64,000 bases of DNA from positions 80,330,791 through 80,394,790 of the forward strand of contig NC_068990.1 of NCBI RefSeq assembly GCF_001194135.2, in the 5' to 3' direction. This stretch comes from Octopus bimaculoides. Taxonomy: Eukaryota. Below the pieces are notes generated by a model that worked only from the letters and a program-made list of their open reading frames with translations, was not told the origin of the DNA and searched no databases. Position numbers and translations under genes: made by a program. Shown here in pieces: positions 1-12,899 of this stretch. The first letter of the stretch is position 1. Every line of letters begins with the position of its first letter.

Positions 1-22
1 CCGTATAGATCTTATTGTTCTC

Positions 23-703
23 TTAATACTTTGCCTCTTTGGTAGATTGGGGCAACAGCTTGATCGCTATCATCGAGGACATTAGATACAACTGAATGGG
101 GTGCATCTTGTGTTGACTTATCTGACGCATTTTTGAAACGGCTTCTTTTGCTGAAATTTCAGCGGCAGCAAATATAGGATTATGATTATGGTCGTTGGAA
201 GATTTCACAATATCATCCTTTACAGTAATTATGCGAGCACGGCATTTTGTTTCTGGATATTTTTCCCACTTCCAATAAACACGTTCACCATTTTCCCCAT
301 TCTTATAGTATGTATGTCCATTATCAAATAATTTCTCACAACCCTTTTCTGATTCAGTAAATTCAGCAAAACCTTTGGAGGTGGGTTTTTTTCACTGCGA
401 ATAATTCCAAATAAGAAATTTGGTTTAGAAAACAACTAGTTTTATTCCACATAATAGTAAACAAAAGGTTTTATTCCATATTATCGCAAACAATTATTTA
501 TACTCAATAGCATGAATAAACAACTATTCGTTTCCACTTCCTACGAACTGATCAAAAGAGAAACAATTTTTATTTTTCAGTCAAATTGTGTTTAGACAAA
601 TTGTTTCAGGATTAATACTGTTATAGACAAATTGTTTTAGACAAATTGCATTTTGATCAATTGTATTTTAGACGAATTGTTTTAGACAAACTCGCCGGAT
701 ACC
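23..703 (-). mobile_element. Mutator-like (MULE) transposon 5' end with FLYWCH zinc-finger coding relic
   Basis: Minus frame is open 379->23: FTESEKGCEKLFDNGHTYYKNGENGERVYWKWEKYPETKCRARIITVKDDIVKSSNDHNH, a FLYWCH pattern with the first Cys changed to Trp. Subterminal repeats of TTTAGACAAATTG lie at ~585-690 and the element apparently ends at ...CCGGATACC (703). It runs off the window edge. Confidence 0.75.
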
Positions 704-754
704 ATTTTAACGATTCCTATCTAATCTTCAATTCTAAAGATAACCTATGCATTC

Positions 755-960
755 CTTTATTCTTTTACTTTTAGTCTAAGTAATTTGGCTGCGGTCTTGT
801 TGGAGCGCCACGTTAAAGAAATCGACCCCCGGACCTATTCTTTGTAAGCCCAGCACTTATTCTATCGGTATCTTTTGTCGAACCGATAAATTACGGGGAC
901 GTAAACGCACCAACATCGATTGTCAAACTATGGCGGGGGGATAAAGACAGACACACACAC
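755..960 (-). mobile_element. 3' half of tRNA/CORE-type SINE (family B), ending in (AC)/(AT) microsatellite
   Basis: TTGGCTGCGGTCTTGTTGGAGCGCC...ATCGACCCCCGGACCTATTCTTTGTAAGCC...TTACGGGGACGTAAACGCACC resembles an abundant octopus SINE tail (recalled, not searched). Confidence 0.7.
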
Positions 961-1086
961 ATAAATATATATATTTATACATATACACAATTGTCTTTTT
1001 CTCCATTTTTCTCTTGTGGTTTACGTATTTAACTCGTTTGTTTACGTGTTTCATGGTGTTGCGCAGTTGTTACCCATATACGTACC

Positions 1087-1124
<38 letters not shown>

Positions 1125-1375
1125 NNNNNNNNNNNNNNNNNNNNNNNNNNNNNNNNNNNNNNNNNNNNNNNNNNNNNNNNNNNNNNNNNNNNNNNNNNNN
1201 NNNNNNNNNNNNNNNNNNNNNNNNNNNNNNNNNNNNNNNNNNNNNNNNNNNNNNNNNNNNNNNNNNNNNNNNNNNNNNNNNNACATACACAGACACACAC
1301 ACACACACACACATTCCGTATGGAATAATAGCCAAATAGTTATACTAGGGTCATGCGATTTATAGTAAGAATTAT

Positions 1376-1436
1376 CATGGCTTAGTGGTTAGAGCGTCGA
1401 GCTTACGATCGTGAGGTTGTGAGTTCGAAATCCGGA
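1376..1436 (+). mobile_element. Truncated tRNA(Val-like)-derived SINE head
   Basis: A box TGGCTTAGTGG, anticodon-like loop CT-TAC-GA and B box GAGTTCGAAATCC. There is no acceptor stem, so it is not a functional tRNA. Confidence 0.6.
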
Positions 1437-1573
1437 AAAATTATAACAATGACAATAGTCATTCAAAATAAAAGTAACTCTATCTATTTACGAAAAAAAA
1501 ATTTGCTTTCTTGCCAACCCAATATTTCTTTTCTGTTTTCACAGTCACACTCACACTCACACCTCCGTTTATA

Positions 1574-2444
1574 TTAGGTCATCCCATAAATAATGCGCTT
1601 TCTTTCAATACTTCTTTATTTTTCAAAATTATGATAAACAAATTTCTTTTTTAATCTAGATTATACTCTCCTTCATTTTCTACAATGCTTTTCTACCTAT
1701 GTGGCAGACTTGCGAGGATCCTCTTCCAAAATTTCACTTGACCGTGACGAAAAATACTCCTCCAGTACTGTTCTGACCTCATCTACAGAATTCATATTCC
1801 TTCCGTCCAAATGATTTTGAAGACTATAGAATAAATGATAATAAGATAGGGTAATGTCCGGCGAATATGGTGGGTGAGGCATCATTTCAAACTGTTCCAG
1901 CCTTTGGAATGTCATCCTCGTTGTATGTGACCAAGCATTACCCTGATGGAAAAACACCTTTCGTCTTGAAATCAAAGATACCCGTTTTTGTTCCAGCGCT
2001 GACTTAAGCCGCTCAAGCTGCTCGCATAGGGTTTGCAGGACATCCTCGTCGAGATCTACAAATCTTTCAGGACGAGGCCCATCTTCTAGGCTGTAGTTTC
2101 TGGCTCGGAATTTTTGGAAGCACTGTTAACCCTGGCTTGCGCTTATTGTCCGATCCCCATACACTGCATTAATATTCCTCGCACTTTCCGTTGCGTTGTT
2201 TTCGTTATTGAACTCATAAAGCAAAATATGCTGAATATGCCCCTTTGTTACTTTTTTCATAGCTTTGAAAAAATACCTGTTAAAATCGAACTGGACTCTT
2301 CAAAATTTTCACAAAGAATAGGGTCAAGGTAAAATTATTACCTGCTTCTATAACAAGTTGATGCAGGTAGTTTATCCCGTCCACTTTCGTCTTGTAGTTC
2401 CTGCAATTGAAAAAAAAAAACGCATTGTATATTGGATTACTCAA
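1574..2444 (-). mobile_element. Internally deleted mariner (DD34D) element with TIRs and TA target duplications
   Basis: TIRs at 1574-1597 (TTAGGTCATCCCATAAATAATGCG) and 2421-2444, about 18/24 matching, with TA on both sides. The transposase relic spans 2260->1651, with HIQHILLYEF...ESARNINAVYG (HTH), FHQGNAWSH and HPPYSPD motifs. It carries stops and a frameshift. Confidence 0.92.
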
Positions 2445-3166
2445 TATATGTAATAAATAAGTGGGTTACAAGTGAGTGTGGGTGAGTTTGGGGCATGTCT
2501 ATTGTCAATAGAATGCTTTACATACCATAGCATTAAATTCATGTTCAACAGAATCTCGCTTGCTGAGTTGCAGAATATCTGAAACATCCCTCAACCCATC
2601 CTACACCTTCCAATCTCAAAATTTACCATTATATAGATAAGACTCGGCTTTTATTTCAAGACTTACTCAAATGAAGGAAATATTTCGTTCATGATAATCT
2701 ACAGGAAGCCATTTTCTAAATTTGCTATTGGATTTTGTTTCAGATTTGTACATTAATGACAGTCATTCATTCCATGGAAGTGAATTGGTGAAAAGTGGAT
2801 AACCCCAGATTGTATTTCCTTTTAATATTATTATTTTTTTTAAAGTTACAATGCTGTCAAGTCAGCCTTTTCTTTTATTTCTCTCGTGTCGACGATATAT
2901 GCGCCAGTATGCTTACTTATTTATTTTTCTATGAGGGAGTCCCTCCGTGGTTTACTTTGACTTCCTAGAAATGGTACTCTAATATACTTCGAACCACATG
3001 TTAATGCTTTCTTAAAAGAAGACTTCCCAGGAAATGATTTTTGTTGTGGGGGGATGGGGGAAAGACCCCCCCCCCGTATTCTAAATGGTCGCCTGGTGAA
3101 GTTTAGAATGTTTTTTGATCTTAGTTTTATTTTATCAGTGCTGACATGCAGATAAATTGCAGTAGC

Positions 3167-3470
3167 AGCAACACTAACAACAACAACAACAAAATCAACG
3201 ACAGCAGCAGCAGCAGCAGCAGCAACAGCAACAACAACACTGTCAGTAATGACATCAACTCTAATTCCTAGACCATCGCCACCACGAACACCATCACCAC
3301 CACCACCACCACCAATACCAATACTACCACCAACACCAATACCACCACTAACACCACCACAATTCCCTCCTCCTTCTCCTCCTCCTCCTTCTTCTCCTCC
3401 TTCTCCTCCTCCTCCTCCTCCTCCTCCTACTACTACTACTACAATCACCACCACCACCAACAACAGCAAC
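3167..3470. repeat. Compound trinucleotide microsatellite (AAC/CAG/CAC/CCT/TAC)
   Basis: Directly visible. It explains the poly-Pro, poly-Gly and poly-Arg ORFs here. Confidence 0.95.
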
Positions 3471-4200
3471 AAAAATGAGAAGACTAAAAGTTATATAATT
3501 TAGTATTTCAGGGTCCATCTCTCCTGATAACAGTTGGTGAAGACATTTCCTCATCTTATATTCTTTGTTCAGGTATTTACTTCACGAATTAATATATTTT
3601 TCTCACTCGTAGTAAGATATGTCTTGGTACAGTTAGTAATATATATTTAGTATTTAAACTTTTAAGTTGCATATAACTGATGCTCTGGGATGCATCCTCT
3701 GTGATGGTTCCATGTCGTTGAACAATAGATCATCTCGGCCATTTAACTCAACCAGGGTTGATCTATTCCCGCCTTGCATTAGAGCCATGATTGTTAACGC
3801 GGTTAAGATCGTGAGGGACACTGTTGGAGCAAGCAAGTGCTTAGTGTTTTCAAGGGTGTGACTTGAGCAATTCACTTAGGCCAGTAGAGAGAGCGAGAGA
3901 GTTGAAGCTGTCAGATTTGATAGATGGGTTAGGAATTCCTCTGTTATTTAGTTATTGTGCGAGAGGCTGAATGAACTGATTGCTGCTTTGTCATGCTCAG
4001 AATAATAAACATATACTACACGTGAATGAATTATATTAGAGTAAAATAATCACATAGTTGACTCACTAGGAACTGTACTTATGAGGAGAGTGAGAGTGCG
4101 CGTGCGTTACTTAAGGGAAGACAATCGCTTCTAAGTATATTTTCCTTATGTTGAGAAATCATTATCAGAGAGTTGGACATTACTACATTTATGTAGGAAA

Positions 4201-4239
<39 letters not shown>

Positions 4240-4816
4240 ATTTGTGTATGTGTATGTCTGTGTGTATGTACGTACATATTGTATAAGCTGATCCAGTGGC
4301 TTTGTTACTCTGGAGTTCCGTGGCATGCAGCTGTGTCTTCAGACATGTCTGAGTGGGCGAAAAGTCACATTACACCGAAAATGGAAGCAGCGCCGAAGGG
4401 GAAAAAAGTTCCTATTGAGAATGCAAGTAGCAACAGTGAACGTAGTAGTTGTTCAATCTATGAATATAGTAGTGGACATAGTAGGCAACAATAATAGCAA
4501 TAATAGCAACGAGCAACAAGCTCCTTTTCTTATCCATAAATTGCCTTGAGTTTAACCTCCGTATATGGGTAGATAACAACAACAAAATTCACTTCACCCA
4601 TCAAAATCAAGATCAAGATACCCGATACAATATCATTTGTTATTGCTGACATCTACTATAGATGACAGCATTAACAACATCAATGACGACAATCACAGAT
4701 ACAGTAGCAAAAACTCACAAGAATTATTACATAAAGATTCGTACGCTGCTATCTTAAAACACGTATTGCTGTCGCTGGTGTAATTGTTTGTTGATATATT
4801 TACTTCGCTCAAAACC

Positions 4817-4985
4817 GGCGAGATGGCAGAATTCGCTACCACGTCAGACAAGATGTTTAGCTGCACTTCTTACGGCGCTTTACGTTCTGAATTCAATTTC
4901 CCCACCAGAAGTTAACTTCTTGTTTCATACTTTTGGAGTCGATGCAGTTACTACCAGTTGAGCATTGAGGTGTATCTCATCAACT
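4817..4985 (+). mobile_element. Decayed SINE family A copy
   Basis: GGCGAGATGGCAGAA head, TTACGTTCTGAATTCAATT B-box region and GGAGTCGAT...TACCAGTTGAGCA core, homologous to 30991-31390. Confidence 0.7.
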
Positions 4986-5880
4986 TTTATAATTTTTTAA
5001 CGGAGATATTTTTCATTGTGGCCTCGGAATTTCGGCCAAACTGTTGGAAAAAAGAAATCGGACATCATTTCCTTTACATAACAGTTTTCCACATAGCCTT
5101 TTACTAGACATTTTATTACTACTTATACACACTCTTATATCATAGAAAAATTGCCAAACAATTTGGCAAAGAGAGATACTCCTTTAGTATTATATGAATT
5201 TCTAAATTAGATTAATGAATTTATTAATTTCATGTGTAGCATATTCCAGCAATCAATTTTCATTTTTTTAAATTTCTGCGCCGTTGTATTTATATATATT
5301 TTATTGCATTAATGTTTCATTTTATTTTATCGTATATTATTTACCTAATCATTTATTTATTCATAAAATATTTTATACACAATTCAGTTATATTTTACGT
5401 CACAATGTCGATCCTATATTTACTTTCATTATCATATTATATATCTTTACACGTGCGTGTCTGTGTACGTGAACACTTGCACATATATATGTATACACTA
5501 TCGAGTATTTGAGTATTTATATATAATAATACATGCATCATTCTAAATATGTGAATAAACGTATCTTGTAAAATACATGTGAAAAATCGTGCATTTAAGT
5601 CTACGCATATGTAAACGTATAAATAGTTTACATGCATACTGTGTGTGTACAGATATATATTTTTATATATGGAAATAAGTATATATTCAAGAAAATCTAA
5701 ATAAATAATTATGGGTAGATGTACAGTTTACTCATACATATCTGATTATATGTGCATATGCGCATATGCAAGTCTATGTAGCAGTTTATGCATGTATATA
5801 GGTGTGCGTATGTGTGGTTGCAATTGTGTATATACATACATGCATACATACACACATGCATACCTTCATACATGCATACA

Positions 5881-5914
<34 letters not shown>

Positions 5915-8900
5915 CATACATAAACACACACACACACACACACACGCGAGCTCATATATGTATATAAGATAAGGTATAAATAATGATCATTGGTCATTAC
6001 ATATTTTTCCTTTATTGGAAAGAATTTGTTTTACATTTTTTTTCAATAGTCATTATAGGTTCGTTACTGATAGGTTTACTTAATTAGTTTAGAGATCAGC
6101 TGAGAAAAGTTGAACGACCTATAAAAAAATTAACGCTACTTTCATCAGAACCATTACTGACGACCAAAATGCTATTTCCGGCTGTCAGAAACGGCTCTGA
6201 TGAAAGCAGCNNNNNNNNNNNNNNNNNNNNNNNNNNNNNNNNNNNNNNNNNNNNNNNNNNNNNNNNNNNNNNNNNNNNNNNNNNNNNNNNNNNNNNNNNN
6301 NNNNNNNNNNNNNNNNNNNNNNNNNNNNNNNNNNNNNNNNNNNNNNNNNNNNNNNNNNNNNNNNNNNNNNNNNNNNNNNNNNNNNNNNNNNNNNNNNNNN
6401 NNNNNNNNNNNNNNNNNNNNNNNNNNNNNNNNNNNNNNNNNNNNNNNNNNNNNNNNNNNNNNNNNNNNNNNNNNNNNNNNNNNNNNNNNNNNNNNNNNNN
6501 NNNNNNNNNNNNNNNNNNNNNNNNNNNNNNNNNNNNNNNNNNNNNNNNNNNNNNNNNNNNNNNNNNNNNNNNNNNNNNNNNNNNNNNNNNNNNNNNNNNN
6601 NNNNNNNNNNNNNNNNNNNNNNNNNNNNNNNNNNNNNNNNNNNNNNNNNNNNNNNNNNNNNNNNNNNNNNNNNNNNNNNNNNNNNNNNNNNNNNNNNNNN
6701 NNNNNNNNNNNNNNNNNNNNNNNNNNNNNNNNNNNNNNNNNNNNNNNNNNNNNNNNNNNNNNNNNNNNNNNNNNNNNNNNNNNNNNNNNNNNNNNNNNNN
6801 NNNNNNNNNNNNNNNNNNNNNNNNNNNNNNNNNNNNNNNNNNNNNNNNNNNNNNNNNNNNNNNNNNNNNNNNNNNNNNNNNNNNNNNNNNNNNNNNNNNN
6901 NNNNNNNNNNNNNNNNNNNNNNNNNNNNNNNNNNNNNNNNNNNNNNNTGTGTGCCTCTGTGTGTGTGCGTGTGTGTGTTCATTTATGAATATATATGAAT
7001 ATATATATTCAATAATTTGTAAATATGAAGGAAACAGAAAAACATGATAGCAGCGATACACCTAAACGCACAAATATTTCGAGATATATTTATAAATATC
7101 AAACTGCAACCTATTAAGATACCGAAGCTCTCTTTTAATAACGTGATTACTATTTCCGGAGGAATTGGACGAAAACCGATGTTGTTCTGATTCCCGATAA
7201 TTGATTCACAGAAAAGTGAATGTCAACCAACTCACTGATGCTAAAAGCTATTACAAGAATCCGGACTTAATGATACGTATATTGAAAACGGTGCCTGAAT
7301 GAAACCTCTAGTTTTAAAAATATGTGAGCGTGAAATCTATTTACAGAGATCTAAACATACTCTGTTGAGTAATGTAACAACTAACAATTATTAATTGGTA
7401 CCAGTCCGAGTAGTTAAATCAATATCAATGATATAATAATAATATTAAAACGTATATATATTTTTCTTTGCCACAAGGATGACAGATGCACGAATATCGA
7501 AATCATTGAATCCCGGTGTTACTTGTGCGTCGCACCACTCGAAACGTTTGGGGAATAGCTAAAAAGCCTGACTAAATCTATTCGAGATCGGATCACCTCG
7601 GCCCTCTGTTTCAGTAAGAAATAATGTCTGCGGCGAAACGACTCCTCTTTGTCACAAAAGTCCGTCGATCAACTTCAGTCCCGTCATACCTTAGTGCGTG
7701 CGCCTTAGTACAGAAAATACAGGCCTCATGTTTCGCCTCGAAAATACCATTGAGTGTAATTCTTGCAGTGACCATTTCATGGTCCAAGTCTTCCCTAGAA
7801 GGCATTTTATGATTTAACTGTTGCATTCTTCTTCAGTGTAAGTCTTTTAAGAATACTGAATGTCCACCGCTTTCCATTTTGAATTACATCCACCATTTAC
7901 CTTTTCTGATTATTCTCATGAATCCCTAATGTTATAACTGGCTAATCATTGCGTTTATTCACTGTCTCTTTTCTCCTGTCACTGTTAGTGATGCATGGCT
8001 TGTGGTCTGGGTAACAAATTACATGATAACAGGTTCAGCTTAGGCTTTCCCTGTTTACTGATCAAATAAATACTGTTGGTACTATCTGAGTGATCCACTG
8101 TGTCACTCATTGACTCCTTATTAGACGAGAAAGCGTTTCTAATACCCAGTGCTCCACCTACGCAGTTATGAGTGCTATCGATGTAATACTTTGGTTTTTC
8201 TTTGGTCGTCCTTGGAAAAGAATCTGATGGCACTACACTAGCAACAACCATTTCTTGCGTCTCCGAGGTTTGCAAATAAGAGAATAAGCTGTTGCAATTG
8301 CATTTGCTGTTGTCTGGTAATCTTCACAATATTTTCTGAGCAGACAGTATTTATACATATCATTGCTTAACGCTCCTACTTCGCAATTTACTTGCGGTGA
8401 GCCACTGCATAGAACTATAAGCATCGTACGGTGACTGAAATAGTATAAGAGAATGACTCTCTTTCTTCAGTTCGCAGTGACCTCTGCCTAGTGTCTGTGA
8501 CCGAAGAGGAGACGACTTCACTGAAATGCTGCATCTCACAATCTGGAAAGGGGGCGCTGCGGACTGATCTATGTTTATTTGCACTATTGTCAAAACTGAG
8601 AAATTTTCTCTATGACAAAATACAGTGAGTGGTGTATTTATTAGTCCAAAAATTCTACAAGTGCATTTGAATTTGGAATATCATTGCATTTATACATATC
8701 ACTGCTTAGCTCTCCGAATTCAGAAAGACTTGTACTGGCCTTTGTTACCATACATGTAGATTTGGACATAAAACGATGTATTGATGATGCCTATGTCATG
8801 GGGGAAGTGCAGCACCCAAGACACCTCGCAGAATTTTAAGACTAGTGAGAGGAAAGGAGGAAGTTACTGTTAAAGTAAGAACTAAATGTTTACATCAAAA

Positions 8901-9499
8901 GAGAGTCCACTAGAATCAACCAAGCGTGATGTGGTGATGTGAAGCCAAGCGATAGTTTGCTCTTATTATTCACGAAATTGTACAGAAACTGCATATCCGG
9001 GTAAACTTTTGCTATACAATATCAAACACAAACGTTTAGATCGACGTTAAACCACGTAATCGAGGAAAAAATTCGTATTCACATCACAATGTTTCCTTCC
9101 CTTATAATAAAAAAAATATCCTTCTTTAATAATGTGTGAACACAAAATCAATCATAAGGAATGTTATTTTCTTGTGTTGGTACAAGAAAACTAATTACGT
9201 CTCAACATTTATATTAACTATATTATGTTGATACTACATTACCTTAATGAAACATCTTATCCTCAGTAGACAATAGTAGAAACAATGCAGCTGTTGCTAA
9301 CTGTCAAGTTAACTTGACGGTACTTTCATTTCTTTTTGCTGGTGTCGTTTGATTTGTTTAAATGTTGAATACTATGGTTTTATTCTTCTGGTGTTGCTAT
9401 TACCTACGCATAACCTAGGTAAGCCATAACCTATATCACGTGGGTGGAGAGTCAAAGAATTCAATACAATTACAGAAAGAGTGCTTCATAAACACAGTG

Positions 9500-10560
9500 C
9501 ACCTATCAGGTTGAAGACCATATTGGATATTTCTACATGTGGTAGTTATGGCCTATATAACAGTGTGGCAGTCCGGCAAAACCTTCACGACGCATGGATA
9601 TTGCTTACAAAATAGAGTCCTGTGTAATGAACTTCCATATATACTTAAAGTCATTTCTCGGGTCTTGAGTGTTGCAACTGATTATTACTCGGGTAGATCT
9701 ATGATAAATCAGGTCCCATACCTCCTAAATGTGAACGTAGTACTATTTTTTCCCATGAATAGCGTACATAGTTTCACATTATCCAATTTGTCCTGCTCTC
9801 AGAAGTTTCGTTTTAGTTGCAACAGATCAACGCAGAGATACCCTCGTTGTTTTGTAAAGTGTTGAGTTGTTTTTGTGCAGTGGTTTCTGCCGATCATATT
9901 GCTACGTATTTTATGTAATATAGTTATTTTTTAGTGATGCAGTTTATTGGACCTGACGCTAGTCGAACTTTTATACTGGTACTATATGTCATAGGCGTTC
10001 ATTTTGTTTCGGTACAGTGTATAATTAACTATTTGTTTAACGTGTGCATTGTCTAGTTTTAAGTACATAAATTTCATTTGGAGTTTTTACTAACCTTACT
10101 AAGCTCTTGAAGTTCGATTTCTGTTCAGTTGTTATATCAAAATTTGTTTCATGCTTAGTTCTTTGTAATCTGTGCATCTGCAAAATTATTCATGCTGTTA
10201 GTCCTGCGGCTGTCAATAAAACATCCCAACTTTCACAGCATCATGAAATACTATCCATCTTGAAACTTATTACAAACGAGTTATGTCATGACTTCTGAGC
10301 TGTTTATATTTTCGTTTTATCTGGTTTCTCTGTAATGTTTTTTATAAAACCAATATTTGTTGAAACATACACTCTGAAAACAGATCGTTCCACTGATAGA
10401 ATGCCTTCTTTTATTTGAAGCCTTTTATTTGTTCGGATAATATTTCCGTATTCTTTCCAAATATGTTTATTAATATAAAATTCTAGTAGTGAGTTAGATA
10501 TGTCAATCAAAGCACTGATAAGATGATATAGATAATTCACTTTTGGTTACTGGACAATAG
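9500..10560 (-). mobile_element. Heavily decayed R4/Dong-like RLE LINE fragment
   Basis: Minus strand has traces of the IK.GI.QGD.FS RT motif (~10390-10420) and an LWD-like RLE motif (~9720). There are many stops and frameshifts. Confidence 0.5.
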
Positions 10561-10909
10561 CAACAATACTATAAATCAGGTCTGTCAAACATAACAGCGA
10601 TAAGACCACAAATATTACACTTTAGGCAGTAAACAATAACGAACATTTACTTATGAAGGAAATGGTGGACATGGATATTGTTCAACAGGTGGACATGGTG
10701 TTTCGAGTTCCAATCCAGCAATATCAAACGGCCGAAGTTCAGATTATGGTAGTAAGGATATTAAGGCAGTGGCAGCTAGGGCAGATTGTTGCATCTACAA
10801 TAAGATGGTTCTCGTTACATCTTGATAGACTAGAGTAACCTAAGTTGTAATACACAATGTGTTTCCGGGCCAGAAATTGAACGCTGAACCTTATAATCCT
10901 GAACGAATC

Positions 10910-11130
10910 AGCCTATTTGCTAACCTTGCAGCTTGTCTGGAATTGGAAGTAGAGTTGTAATACTACATAGACTCATTATTTTAGCTTCAACATATCTCCT
11001 TGGAACACCTGTATATCTAAATGCATTGACCTGTGGCATATTGAGAGCCTTTTCAATGGACACAGCATATCACCATTCATTGGACAGTCTTTTCGTCCCT
11101 TATATTTTGGTCTCCCGTCCCACTGGTTCG
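10910..11130 (-). mobile_element. Possible Penelope-like GIY-YIG region relic
   Basis: Minus strand reads KGRKDCPMNGD, like the CxCx3CPxNGxC motif before PLE GIY-YIG domains, followed by a YTG remnant. Confidence 0.3.
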
Positions 11131-11400
11131 GCTATTTTTATACTATAACAGATATAATTATAACGCATATTATATCAATATATTCACCATACAGGAAGCT
11201 AATATCAATACATTTATCGAAAACATATTGTGGGTAGCGTTAATGTATTCAGAATAAGAATATAGTGAGTAATATTTGTAAGAGATGATGGAGCGTGATC
11301 GATATAAAAGACTGTTATAATATTAAGATTGGTAATTATGGGGAAGTAAAAAATAAAGTGAAAAATAAACATTACTGAGATTTTTTAATAACTAAAATTG

Positions 11401-11458
<58 letters not shown>

Positions 11459-12899
11459 TTAATGTGGCTTATATTTTTTCTAAACGGTTTCCTATGTTAA
11501 TTGAAGTAAATCATATTAACTCTTGAATATATTACATCCTAAAATCTCGGAATTAATGGATAAAGCACACACATAAAGATACATATTCGCAGACACAGAT
11601 TCAAATACAAACACAAACACACGCACACACACACACATATGCTCAGAGACTTGCACATGTACATATGCGTCTATATATATATATACGCATGTGTGAGTTT
11701 GTCTTTATGCATATACATGCATACACACTCATATAATATGCAACCACAATCGTCAGTAGGAACATGAAAATTATAGACATATGAATGCATAAAATCCCCC
11801 ACGCCCAAAATCGTACACACATCTACACACATATACATACATATACACACAGATAAACACATACATATCCTTTCTTGTTTATATGTGTGGGTGTGAGGTT
11901 GTTAGCATATGCAAATTTACAGTCTCACAAACACTCATATATATATGTGTGTATGTGTGTATATGCGATTATGCAGACAGGATATGCAGATGAATTACAC
12001 ACACATATACATACACACACTTGTGTATGTGTGTGTGTGTGTGTGTGCCTTCACGGAATTTAATGCTGTATTTAAAACGAAAATTCTTACAGATTATTTG
12101 ACGCCATTTTTTATGTATTAACGTGTAAAAAAAGTCAATTCGAACTACACAGAAATTTAACAAGCAATGTTAGTAATGGCAATTTTTTCAACGTCTACGA
12201 AGATAAGAACTCTAATTAAAATGACACACACACAAAAAAAAAATGCAGAAGGAAATACTGAAAGTAAAACTTAATTTCAAAAACACAATTTATTAATAAC
12301 AGATAGAAAACGAGGAAACATGCCACCGTCCTCATACATTTTCATATCCCTTGCTTTCAGAACATTTTTTAACCTTTTGTTTATACACTAGAGGATGCCT
12401 AGCTCCAGATAGAATATACAACGCATTCAATCGAAATTAGTGTTTTAATGATAACTGTCTTCTACTAAGTGATTTACAGCGATGGTTCCCTGTGTGGAAT
12501 TTAAACACAGACAGTAATGACTGGGCAATATTAAATCCATGTAATAATTGCTTGTAGCATTGGAATAAAGCCCGGCATCAGAAGGAGGAGTTAGTCGATA
12601 CTATCGAGCCCCATGTTAGACACGCATACATATATATTAGTCGATGGCCAGTATCCATTAGATGCGCCCAGGTACTATGACTACGGATTTTATCAATTCC
12701 AGGTAGATTAAAGGAAATTTGCATTAGATACAGGTGGTGGTTTTGCATAAATGTATTTGTCAGCGAAATACTGTGTATCGGTTTATCTTCTGATTACTGA
12801 CATAATAGAACCCCTACTTAGAGGTGCACTCTATCCGTGCTCATCCATGTTCTATAACTTTAATAGCTTTTGCGTCTCTTACGAGGCTGGGCTCAGGTT

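Noticed and set aside
1376-1436. tRNA-Val gene
   Set aside because: It has A/B boxes and an anticodon-like arm but no acceptor stem, so it is a SINE head.
3510-3875. Possible small exons (GPSLLITVGEDISSSYILCS on +; hydrophobic LTILTALTIMALMQGG on -)
   Set aside because: Short open frames with mediocre splice signals and no recognisable motif.
4290-4494. MSEWAKSHITPKMEAAPKGKKVPIENA possible first exon
   Set aside because: Weak donor (gtagca), two frames open, and no independent support.
10650-10830. Gly/His-rich GNGGHGYCSTGGHG peptide resembling cephalopod structural proteins
   Set aside because: Bounded by stops, with no splice signals and only two short motif copies.
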